Position numbers and translations under genes: made by a program. Under the pieces are notes generated by a model. The model worked only from the letters and a program-made list of their open reading frames with translations, did no database searches and had not been told where the DNA came from. Positions 8,108 through 15,189 of a DNA stretch of 39,772 nt are shown piece after piece; the first letter of the stretch is position 1, and each line of letters begins with the position of its first letter. The DNA comes from a virus (taxonomy: Duplodnaviria; Caudoviricetes). The stretch is from positions 1 to 39,772 of IMG/VR virus record IMGVR_UViG_3300036520_000017; one strand, written 5' to 3'.

Positions 8108-8571
8108 AACAGTTGTCCTGCGGGGAAGTTGATCCGAAACCTTCGTCTTGCTTGCTCCCAAAATCGATCCGGGGACAATGCAACTATAGCGGCGCCCTTT
8201 TGTGCCTTAGGAACTCGCACCAGATCGTTAATGCTGGTCGGCCCCACTTCGAGTCCTCCACGTTCGCAATGGGCATGCGCATGAAAGCCTGGGTGAGAAC
8301 CATGATACTCAAATCGACAGACAATTGAGCCGAGCGGCTCGCCCGGCGCTACCAACCAAGCTTTCCAGTTGTCAAAGTCAGGATTGACTTGGGTGAGGAA
8401 AATGTACTCTCTTTGTTCACTTCCGGCAACAACCGATCTCCACTGCCATGGCCGCCTAAGCGGCTTGGACTTGGGATAGACGCCAGAGTGTCGAGGAGGG
8501 ATATCGTCGTACTTCCAACCTGTGTCAGAACGGATGGTCTTCACCTCTCCGACAAGGTGTCGAACTCTCAT
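8104..8571 (-). CDS. His-rich hypothetical protein (DUF6978-like)
   Basis: ATG 8571 overlaps cI stop (ATGA); CRFEYHGSHPGFHAH motif; family call is tentative. Confidence 0.7.
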   Translation of the reverse strand: MRVRHLVGEVKTIRSDTGWKYDDIPPRHSGVYPKSKPLRRPWQWRSVVAGSEQREYIFLTQVNPDFDNWKAWLVAPGEPLGSIVCRFEYHGSHPGFHAHAHCERGGLEVGPTSINDLVRVPKAQKGAAIVALSPDRFWEQARRRFRINFPAGQLF

Positions 8572-9341
8572 CGGCGCCCAACATATGCTGCGACTTTGCC
8601 GAGGATCTTCACGCCGTCGACATCCACCTCTTGAACTTCGTAGCTGGGATTGTCGCTGATGATCCGGCACTTAGGAGGAACGGTGAACATCACCCTCTGA
8701 AGTCTCTTAATCTGCGGTTCACTGTAGCCATCGCTAATCAGATAAACGCCATCAGCTCTGAGCTCGTGCTCTGTAAGATCTATGATCACTCTGTCGCCAG
8801 GGGCATAATTCGGCATCATGCTGTCGCCCTGCACACCCAAGACGATCGCACGTTCTGGATTGGCAACGGCTTCTCTCAAGTAAGATGGCGGGATGCGCCA
8901 CTCGTCTAAGATCTTGTGAGCTGAGATCGTGCCATTGCCCATGGGCAAGACCATCACCTCGCCAACAGCGCCTTCGCCGCCACCTGCTTTTGCATCTAGC
9001 TCAGGGATCGCGCCTGGAATGTTCGGGCTGTAGCTCTCGCGATCGAAGCCCTCGCCGTCTGTGTCTGGCGTTGGCTGCCAAGCCTCATCGACCGGGATGC
9101 GTTCAAGCTCGCGTACGGTTCCCCGACTGGAAAGAAATGACCCTAGCGAAATGCCAGTTGCGGCAGCGATCTTCTCAATGGTCGTGCTCGAAAGCGAGAA
9201 CTTGTGTTCTGGGTCGTTCAGCGGACGTGTCAGCGTGGTGGATGGCATGCCAGCTTTCTTGGCGAGCCCCGTTGCGGACAGCTTCGTCACTTCCATGACG
9301 TGCCGCACGTAAGCCTTGGTGTCTTCGCTCATTCCGCTCAT
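8568..9341 (-). CDS. cI: CI-like repressor (HTH + S24 autoprotease)
   Basis: N-terminal HTH (LAKKAGMPSTTLTR); AG cleavage-site-like AKAGGG; GDSM and IKRL catalytic motifs; divergent from cro. Confidence 0.93.
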   Translation of the reverse strand: MSGMSEDTKAYVRHVMEVTKLSATGLAKKAGMPSTTLTRPLNDPEHKFSLSSTTIEKIAAATGISLGSFLSSRGTVRELERIPVDEAWQPTPDTDGEGFDRESYSPNIPGAIPELDAKAGGGEGAVGEVMVLPMGNGTISAHKILDEWRIPPSYLREAVANPERAIVLGVQGDSMMPNYAPGDRVIIDLTEHELRADGVYLISDGYSEPQIKRLQRVMFTVPPKCRIISDNPSYEVQEVDVDGVKILGKVAAYVGRR

Positions 9342-9425
9342 GCGGGAACCGTAGCGAATAAATGCACAAATGCACCGTGCATTAATGCTTGCATACTGTG
9401 CATTAATGCTGCATAGTGCATAACT
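9342..9425. promoter_or_regulatory. OR operators with PR and PRM
   Basis: TGCACAAATGCA 9363-9374; TGCATTAATGCT 9378-9389 and 9399-9410; PR = TTGCAT-N17-CATAGT (9389-9417). Confidence 0.8.
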
Positions 9426-9632
9426 ATGAGCACCGCAGATGAAATATCCGCATTTGAGAAGAGTGTCCAGGATCGTGGGCTGCGCATCGCCGATGTGCTG
9501 CGCGAAGCTTCCATTGATCGGTCAATGTGGACGCGTTGGAAGAATGGTTCGACCACGCCCCGCCTAGACAATTGGCGGGCTGTAGAACGGGCTGCGGATA
9601 CACTTGCTGCAACAGCAGGTGCTGCCGCATGA
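9426..9632 (+). CDS. cro: Cro-like HTH repressor
   Basis: Small HTH (VLREASIDRSMWTRWKNG..TP) divergent from cI. Confidence 0.82.
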   Translation: MSTADEISAFEKSVQDRGLRIADVLREASIDRSMWTRWKNGSTTPRLDNWRAVERAADTLAATAGAAA

Positions 9633-9979
9633 CCCGGCCAGCGGACATTCCCCACGAGACTTACGAGCGTGCAGTTACGCTCTGCCGACGGTTCCGCAAT
9701 GCAGCAGATCAGCATGAGCTTGTTGCTCGTGTGCTCTTGGCGTTGGAAGGGCAGCCGTCCCGCGTAGGACTTACCACTCAGCAGCTGGCTACCCTGAACT
9801 TCATTGAGCAGTACCAGGCAGAACATCACGTCTCGCCTTCCTACGACGAGATCAAGGACGCATTGGGCCTCGCCAGTAAGAGCGGCGTGCATAGGCTCGT
9901 CCACGGCCTGAAAGAACGCGGCGCCATTGTCATGCTCGAGGGCCGCACGCGCTCGATGGCTCTTCGGAGGGCTGCATAA
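9629..9979 (+). CDS. LexA DNA-binding-domain protein (no peptidase domain)
   Basis: LTTQQ..LNFI...SPSYDEIKDALGLASKSGVHRLVHGLKERG; ATGA overlap with cro. Confidence 0.85.
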   Translation: MTRPADIPHETYERAVTLCRRFRNAADQHELVARVLLALEGQPSRVGLTTQQLATLNFIEQYQAEHHVSPSYDEIKDALGLASKSGVHRLVHGLKERGAIVMLEGRTRSMALRRAA

Positions 9980-11104
9980 ATGGCCGACACCAACGCCGCT
10001 CAAGACCAGATCAAAACCTACGTCGACCGCATCCTTCGCATGAAGGAAGAGGCGAAGGCTATCAATGCCGACATTCGCGAGATCTACGCGGAGGCGAAGG
10101 GCAATGGCTTTGACAAGACAACCCTGGGCAAGCTCGTCACCTACGTTGAAAAGCGCCAGACTGATGCCGACGCGGTGCTGGAGAGTGAAAGCCTCTTCGA
10201 TCTGTACTTGACGGCATACGATAGGGCGGCCGGCGTGGTTGGCACGAAACGTGCTACGCACACGCATGCACCCGAGGATCGGCAACAGCGTTCGAGGGCC
10301 CGCCTGTCTGAGGCGATGGATGACAACAAAGCTTTCTCGGCTGAGCGTCTGTCCAATGGTCTTATCAGCGAGCAGGCCCACGCCGAGAATGTAGCGCTGT
10401 CTGATGCTGCGGCTGAGAAGCTTGGCGCCGGTGCTGTATCGAAGGGCGATCCAGTTGCCGCCCTTCGCGCCGATCCTGCCATGCACATTGTTAGTGCGTC
10501 CAGTCTCAAGACTAATCCCGAAGCGAAAGCATCCGAAGACGGCGGCACGACTGCGCAGGACATTGAGACGCCTGCCGACAGTGTGACGGGAGATGCGAGT
10601 AGGGCGAGCGTCAGCGCCGGTTCTGACGCCCAACTTCCTGTGTCGGATAAGTCGGTGGAGGCTCCGGCCTCTGCCGCCCCGCGCCAGATCTATGCAGCGC
10701 CAGGTGTGATCACCTGGGAGCACACTCCACCAGAAGGCGTTAAGCGCCACGACTACAGCTATGCCTTCGGTGATCTTGGCCAAGACAGTGCCGTCATCGA
10801 GGACGACCTGGCGAACGCGGCTGCCGAGCCGATCGTCAAGATAGGTCCGGTCATCCTTGACGGCTGGGCACGCTACATCAAGACCCGCAGCATGGTGAGC
10901 TTGGACGGCAAGCCAGTTGAATATTCCGTTGCGCAGTATGACGGCACTGATCCGCTCATGGACTGCATTCGCTGGAACGTGGCCGGCCGGATTTTGAACG
11001 ATGCTCAGAAGCGCACCATAGCGCAGCGCCTCGCTCGTCTGGAGCCGAACCGCAAGGAAGAAATCTACACTGCTTTCGAGCTTGGAATGGAGCTCGTCGC
11101 GTGA
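9980..11104 (+). CDS. GapR-like (DUF2312) protein fused to a ParB-like C-terminal domain
   Basis: QIKTYVDRILRMKEEAKAINADIREIYAEAKGNGFD; C-terminal EPIVK...ILDGWARY...NVAGRILNDAQK; GGAGG SD. Confidence 0.82.
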   Translation: MADTNAAQDQIKTYVDRILRMKEEAKAINADIREIYAEAKGNGFDKTTLGKLVTYVEKRQTDADAVLESESLFDLYLTAYDRAAGVVGTKRATHTHAPEDRQQRSRARLSEAMDDNKAFSAERLSNGLISEQAHAENVALSDAAAEKLGAGAVSKGDPVAALRADPAMHIVSASSLKTNPEAKASEDGGTTAQDIETPADSVTGDASRASVSAGSDAQLPVSDKSVEAPASAAPRQIYAAPGVITWEHTPPEGVKRHDYSYAFGDLGQDSAVIEDDLANAAAEPIVKIGPVILDGWARYIKTRSMVSLDGKPVEYSVAQYDGTDPLMDCIRWNVAGRILNDAQKRTIAQRLARLEPNRKEEIYTAFELGMELVA

Positions 11105-11196
11105 TGTCGCGGAAACTTGCAGCAGCTGCATTGGCTGGTCTCTGGATGGTTGCGGGCGCTGCCTTGACCCTCTGGATTCTTTCGGGGCCGATCTGA
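11101..11196 (+). CDS. 31-aa single-TM peptide (not in ORF track)
   Basis: MMSRKLAAAALAGLWMVAGAALTLWILSGPI; GTGA overlap with upstream stop. Confidence 0.5.
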   Translation: MMSRKLAAAALAGLWMVAGAALTLWILSGPI

Positions 11197-11198
11197 TG

Positions 11199-11444
11199 TC
11201 AGCCCGCTTTGCCACCATCAAGCACAGCCAGGAACGGCATCGCTCTGACGATGCGCACCCCAGGCTTCATATTCGGGCGGACCTCCTCCCCGCCCGAGGG
11301 CGAGTGATCGTCTTCGATTCCCTCATCGAGAAGGTCATTCGCCCATTTCATCATGTGCGGTTCGACGGCCCCAACCGTCTTTCCGCGCAGCTTCTGCCGG
11401 CGCAGCAATGCTTTCAACGTCTCGCTGACCGGCTCCATCGTCAT
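11199..11444 (-). CDS. Antisense hypothetical protein (MTMEPVSETLKALL...LAVLDGGKAG)
   Basis: AAGGA SD 8 nt before ATG; protein-like composition; competing + strand ORF 11196-11543. Confidence 0.5.
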   Translation of the reverse strand: MTMEPVSETLKALLRRQKLRGKTVGAVEPHMMKWANDLLDEGIEDDHSPSGGEEVRPNMKPGVRIVRAMPFLAVLDGGKAG

Positions 11445-11503
11445 TCGTGCGTCCTTTCCAAAGTCTCGCTCCGTCCTGATCACCATGGACGGAGTGAAAA
11501 GGG

Positions 11504-11956
11504 ATGGCGTTACCAAAATTCGGTAATGAGGTGCCCAAAGTGAGCGCCGCTACAGCGACAAAGTACGTGCAGGAAATGGTTGGGCTGGAGACGATCACCA
11601 GCCGGACGAAAGACGCAGCGCTGAGGAAGTTAGCGCGTGACTATGGTCTGACCGTTTCCCAGCTGACCCACCTCTACAAAGCAAAAGCAAAGACTTGCGA
11701 CGTGAGCCTCTTCGCTCGCGTGAAGGCCGCTTACCTCGATCGCTGCGCAAAGATGGCGACGAGGTTGCTGCACAACATCGAACTCGAGGAGGCATCAGGC
11801 GGCGATGCTCATGATCAAGATCTGGTGGATCGCCTTGCAGCGGTCCTGGAGGAAGTGGCGACGCAAAGAGCGACGATCCACCCGCGAAAGAAAGTGAGCC
11901 GGACAGGCTTCACCGATGCTGATGAAAGCGCGGACCAGACCCACTGGGGCCGCTGA
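11504..11956 (+). CDS. Putative phage regulatory HTH protein (cII-like position)
   Basis: ALRKLARDYGLTVSQLTHL HTH-like segment; GGAG upstream. Confidence 0.7.
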   Translation: MALPKFGNEVPKVSAATATKYVQEMVGLETITSRTKDAALRKLARDYGLTVSQLTHLYKAKAKTCDVSLFARVKAAYLDRCAKMATRLLHNIELEEASGGDAHDQDLVDRLAAVLEEVATQRATIHPRKKVSRTGFTDADESADQTHWGR

Positions 11957-11973
11957 CAAGGGAACTTCTAACG

Positions 11974-12138
11974 ATGGGCAACCCTCGTAATTGGACCACC
12001 ATATTCAACGCCCGCAATCGTGAGCTGGCAGCATTCGTCAACCAACGGGCAGGGAAGTCGCAGGTGAAGCGCAAGGCAGCTCGGGACCGTGCTGCGGTTC
12101 GTCCGAGCCATCACCCTGCACAAGAGGACAGGGTATGA
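11974..12138 (+). CDS. 54-aa basic hypothetical protein (not in ORF track)
   Basis: MGNPRNWTTIFNARNRE...EDRV; ATGA overlap with next gene. Confidence 0.45.
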   Translation: MGNPRNWTTIFNARNRELAAFVNQRAGKSQVKRKAARDRAAVRPSHHPAQEDRV

Positions 12139-12317
12139 ACGCTCGCGACTGGGCCTTTCAAGAGCTCGACATTCGCCGCCAGGAAGAGGCCGGGCCTGAC
12201 ACTGCTGACATGCACGTAGCTCGCCGCAAGCGTCGGCAAGCTCGTGGCTACAGCAAGAAGACAGCAGATGAACTTGTTGCCTGGGCAGAAGAACAAGACC
12301 GGAGGGCAGTAGCGTGA
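12135..12317 (+). CDS. Hypothetical protein
   Basis: GAGGA SD; coupled. Confidence 0.6.
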   Translation: MNARDWAFQELDIRRQEEAGPDTADMHVARRKRRQARGYSKKTADELVAWAEEQDRRAVA

Positions 12318-12616
12318 ACGCGGCCCTTTTCTCTCAAGCGAAAGAGCGCCAGTCACACTGGAGGGGGCAGGTCCTTCGGGATTGGTACTGTGCCTGGGTC
12401 ATGAGGATCTTGTTCTGCCGGATCCGGCGGCGTTGGAAATGGATCTCGATGAGGCATTGGATCGTCGATTGGTTCGATATCCGGTGGTGGCGGAATTTCA
12501 CCAGGTTCAAGTGGCGGGAAGCTCATACGAGATCTCCATTTGGGGAATGGGTGTCCAACGAGCACCGAGACCGCACAGTTCCGGTTTCGCTCGCACAAGG
12601 CCGGAGGTCAGCATGA
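12314..12616 (+). CDS. Trp/Arg-rich ORF coupled on both ends (possibly a read-through of the antisense gene)
   Basis: GTGA and ATGA overlaps; composition mirrors the antisense Pro-rich ORF. Confidence 0.35.
   Translation: MNAALFSQAKERQSHWRGQVLRDWYCAWVMRILFCRIRRRWKWISMRHWIVDWFDIRWWRNFTRFKWREAHTRSPFGEWVSNEHRDRTVPVSLAQGRRSA
12353..12526 (-). CDS. Antisense Pro/Asp-rich 57-aa protein
   Basis: GGAG SD 8 nt before ATG; MSFPPLEPGEIPPPPDIEPIDDP... Confidence 0.5.
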   Translation of the reverse strand: MSFPPLEPGEIPPPPDIEPIDDPMPHRDPFPTPPDPAEQDPHDPGTVPIPKDLPPPV

Positions 12617-13323
12617 CCACGTCCTATATTCCGCTATTAGCCGCTCAGCAGCGCCCGCATAGCCGCGTTTACTCGCAGCCTGCAGCTGACCATGGCAGCG
12701 CATCAGAATTGCTTGCTGCAAGCCAGGCAGTTCGGCAGCGTCTTCGTGGTGTGGTGGTCAAGCCAAAACCAGCACCTAAGCCAGAGATGCATATCGTCCC
12801 CTGGCCAGACACGCCCATTGAGCCGCCGGCAGACGTCGAGCTGATTGAGACGGTGCCGCTGGACATGCTGGCACCCTGTTCCTGGAAGTTCTTGGTCAAG
12901 GTAGCTGCGTTGTTCAACGGCTGCAGCGCTGATGAAGTGCTAGGACAGGGCAGGGCGAAAGAGATCGTCTGCGCTCGCCACCTGGCGATGTACCTTTTGG
13001 CGTCACACACGACCAGCAATGCTACTCGCATCGGCAATAAGTTCGGCCGTGACCATACCTCTGTGCTTCACGCCCTCAGCAAGTTTCCCGCTATCGAGCG
13101 TGAGCGTGTTTCACCACTGGTGCATGTCGACCCCATAAAGACGATCAGAACGCCGCCAGAGAAGGCCGCAATGATCGTGCGGGGGTATGCTCGCGGCGTC
13201 CCTCGCAAGCAAATTGCCGAGCAGATCGGGATGTCGTTGGCTTCAGTGAAGGCCTTTGCCTACCGGCACAACCTTAAACACGCAAAACGCCCGTACTTCA
13301 GCCGCAAGGGCGAAAATGGCTGA
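12613..13323 (+). CDS. DnaA C-terminal (domain IV) HTH protein with a second, GcrA-like HTH
   Basis: R.KEIVCARHLAMYL...IGNKFGRDHTSVLHA; C-terminal YARGVPRKQIAEQIGMS..SV..; GGAGGT SD at ATG 12613. Confidence 0.85.
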   Translation: MTTSYIPLLAAQQRPHSRVYSQPAADHGSASELLAASQAVRQRLRGVVVKPKPAPKPEMHIVPWPDTPIEPPADVELIETVPLDMLAPCSWKFLVKVAALFNGCSADEVLGQGRAKEIVCARHLAMYLLASHTTSNATRIGNKFGRDHTSVLHALSKFPAIERERVSPLVHVDPIKTIRTPPEKAAMIVRGYARGVPRKQIAEQIGMSLASVKAFAYRHNLKHAKRPYFSRKGENG

Positions 13324-14179
13324 TCCTCGCTTTTCCATAATCCCGGCAGATGCAGTGCTCGATAAGCGGATCGAACCGCGTGACCTGCAGGTCCTCTGCG
13401 TATTTGGGAAGCATACGGATAAGCGGGGCTGGTGCCGCCGTTCTCAAGTCGTCATGGCTCGGGAGATCGGCTGCGCTCGTTCAACCGTCCAGGCCTCTAT
13501 CGAGCGCTTGGTTGAAGCTGGCTGGCTGGAACGGCGGCCCGTGACTGAGATCCACACTAAGGGCGTAAGGGGAAGCGCGCACGAATACCGCGTTGTGCTT
13601 GATGTACCCGACCCAACACAAGATGTGGTGTTTGCCCCTGCCGACAGGTCGGCACCCCCTGCCGCTTCTGGATCGGCACCCCCTGCCGACCCAAGGATCG
13701 GCACCTATGTTAACGATCCCCTTTCAACGAACCCCTCTCTAACGAGGGGCGAGCGCGTGTCGTTTGACGAAGTATGGGATGCATTCCCGAGGCGCTCGAT
13801 GACGAACCGCAAGGAAGCTCACAAGGCCTATTCCAAGCTGACCGATGACGAAACGCAACGGCTGCTCATCGCTGCTAAGCGGTTCGCACAGTGGCACATT
13901 GAGGATGCGGAAGGTCGCGGCGTCTCGCCAGATGATCAGCTGGAGTTCAGGCCGGGGCTGGGGAAATGGATCCGCACAAGCGCTTGGATCGGTGCACTGC
14001 ACATCAGCCTGAAGGCCGATCCAGTGCCGCCTCTGGCAAACGGCCTGGTGGTGCTTAAACCGGATCATCCAGACTTCCAAGCCGTTGAGAAGATGCGGGG
14101 GCGTCCGGTTATTGTCGGCAAGTCCGGAACATCGACTTTCCGCATCGAAGAGATAGAGCAGGCGAGGGCGTCAGCATGA
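13316..14179 (+). CDS. Phage replication initiator (HTH, lambda O analogue)
   Basis: GWC.RSQ..MAREIGCARSTVQASIERLVEAGWL; internal iterons; FDEVWDAFPRR C-domain. Confidence 0.82.
   Translation: MADPRFSIIPADAVLDKRIEPRDLQVLCVFGKHTDKRGWCRRSQVVMAREIGCARSTVQASIERLVEAGWLERRPVTEIHTKGVRGSAHEYRVVLDVPDPTQDVVFAPADRSAPPAASGSAPPADPRIGTYVNDPLSTNPSLTRGERVSFDEVWDAFPRRSMTNRKEAHKAYSKLTDDETQRLLIAAKRFAQWHIEDAEGRGVSPDDQLEFRPGLGKWIRTSAWIGALHISLKADPVPPLANGLVVLKPDHPDFQAVEKMRGRPVIVGKSGTSTFRIEEIEQARASA
13635..13704 (+). repeat. Three iteron-like repeats (putative replication origin)
   Basis: CCCCTGCCG-Nx-TCGGCAC three times in tandem, each with an internal TGCCG/CGGCA dyad. Confidence 0.75.
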
Positions 14180-14346
14180 ACCAAGATACTCTGCTGCACG
14201 CGCTTGAGACGCGAGCGAAGGAGCTGCAGTTCGCCGCGCGTAAAGCATCAGGGAAGCAGCGCATGAAGCATCTGGCCAATCTCTCAAAGGTTCAGCGGCA
14301 CATCGCGGCAATTAACTCAGAACAACAAGGGGCAAAGAATGGCTAA
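14176..14346 (+). CDS. 56-aa hypothetical protein (not in ORF track)
   Basis: MNQDTLLHALETRAKEL...GAKNG; overlaps both neighbours. Confidence 0.6.
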   Translation: MNQDTLLHALETRAKELQFAARKASGKQRMKHLANLSKVQRHIAAINSEQQGAKNG

Positions 14347-14926
14347 GGGCAGACCACGTAAGGCAGGGGTAAAGCGCACTAAGAGTGGGCAGATCAGCCG
14401 TGCCGCTGGTGCATACAATGAGAACGCAGATGCGATCGCGTTGCGCATGAAGGTGTTCGGGCTGACTGAGAAAGAAGCTCGGGACCAGAAGGCTGCGACC
14501 TACGTTGGGCGGCTGTGCCTAGCCGGCATTCGCAACACAACCGACGGGATCACCGATGCGCAGTACGACGCTGCCATCGCGTGGAAAGAAGCCTACGAGC
14601 AGTTCCAGCGTGCGGTTAAGTCTCCTGATGCTCTGCGTTCTGGCGTCGGTGGCGGGGATCAGGGTGAGAGTGCGGACTATGCTCGCCGGTGCCGTGCCGC
14701 CATCAAGAAGTGGGAAGGCATCGAGGCAGCCGTCCGGCTTGAGCAGGGCTTCCATGAGAACCGCGGCGCAAATATGTGGGCTGCACTGGATTACCTCGTC
14801 GGCCGTGATCAGCAGCATCCGCACATGGTTGGGGATCTGCGCTTGGCCCTCAACGCAATCGGTCACCACCTCGGGATGATCCAGCGGCCGAAGCGATTAG
14901 CCGAACAGACGCCACAAGCAGCATGA
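14339..14926 (+). CDS. Putative late-gene regulator (Q position)
   Basis: GRPRK N-terminus, GITDAQYDAA, LRLALNAIGHHLG C-terminus; last early gene. Confidence 0.65.
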   Translation: MAKGRPRKAGVKRTKSGQISRAAGAYNENADAIALRMKVFGLTEKEARDQKAATYVGRLCLAGIRNTTDGITDAQYDAAIAWKEAYEQFQRAVKSPDALRSGVGGGDQGESADYARRCRAAIKKWEGIEAAVRLEQGFHENRGANMWAALDYLVGRDQQHPHMVGDLRLALNAIGHHLGMIQRPKRLAEQTPQAA

Positions 14927-14929
14927 ACG

Positions 14930-14945
14930 TTAGAAGATCGTTAAC
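14930..14945 (+). promoter_or_regulatory. CtrA-like box
   Basis: TTAG-N7-TTAAC (one mismatch to TTAA-N7-TTAAC). Confidence 0.4.
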
Positions 14946-14952
14946 CGTAACC

Positions 14953-15019
14953 ATGTAGTTCTGAAGACCTCCTCCCTTACTACGATCAAGGCGCTCCAGT
15001 ACGGGGCGCCTTTTCTTTT
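14953..15019 (+). ncRNA. Candidate small RNA with CCUCCUCCC loop (cuckoo/alpha-r14-like)
   Basis: GTAGT/ACTAC stem enclosing CCTCCTCCC (14968-14976), followed by an intrinsic terminator. Confidence 0.5.
14988..15019 (+). terminator. Rho-independent terminator
   Basis: AAGGCGCTCC-AGTAC-GGGGCGCCTT + TTCTTTT. Confidence 0.8.
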
Positions 15020-15142
15020 GAGGGGCAGGCGAGATCACGCAAACCAAGGCTCTTAGAGTGGATAAGTCCGAGCCCAGTTGACGATCATCAACAAATCACA
15101 GTTTGTGCAGTTAATGCGATTTTCAGACTAGTGTCTGAACCA

Positions 15143-15172
15143 GCCCGCCAGCGAAAGCCCGGCGGGTTTTGT
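15143..15172 (+). terminator. tR'-like terminator ahead of the late operon
   Basis: GCCCGCC...GGCGGGT + TTTGT; TTGACG -35-like element at 15078. Confidence 0.55.
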
Positions 15173-15189
15173 CATTTCTGGAGGATGCA

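Noticed and set aside
8572-8670. N-terminal extension of the 188-aa ORF
   Set aside because: Lies inside cI; ATGA coupling supports ATG 8571
9338-11221. 627-aa minus-strand ORF
   Set aside because: Antisense shadow of cro, LexA-like and GapR-like genes; runs through the OR operators and has no recognisable motifs
12382-12612. N-terminal extension of the DnaA-like ORF
   Set aside because: GGAGGT SD and ATGA overlap support ATG 12613
13635-13704. Short spaced repeats resembling a mini-CRISPR
   Set aside because: Inside a coding gene, spacers under 10 nt, no cas genes; better explained as iterons
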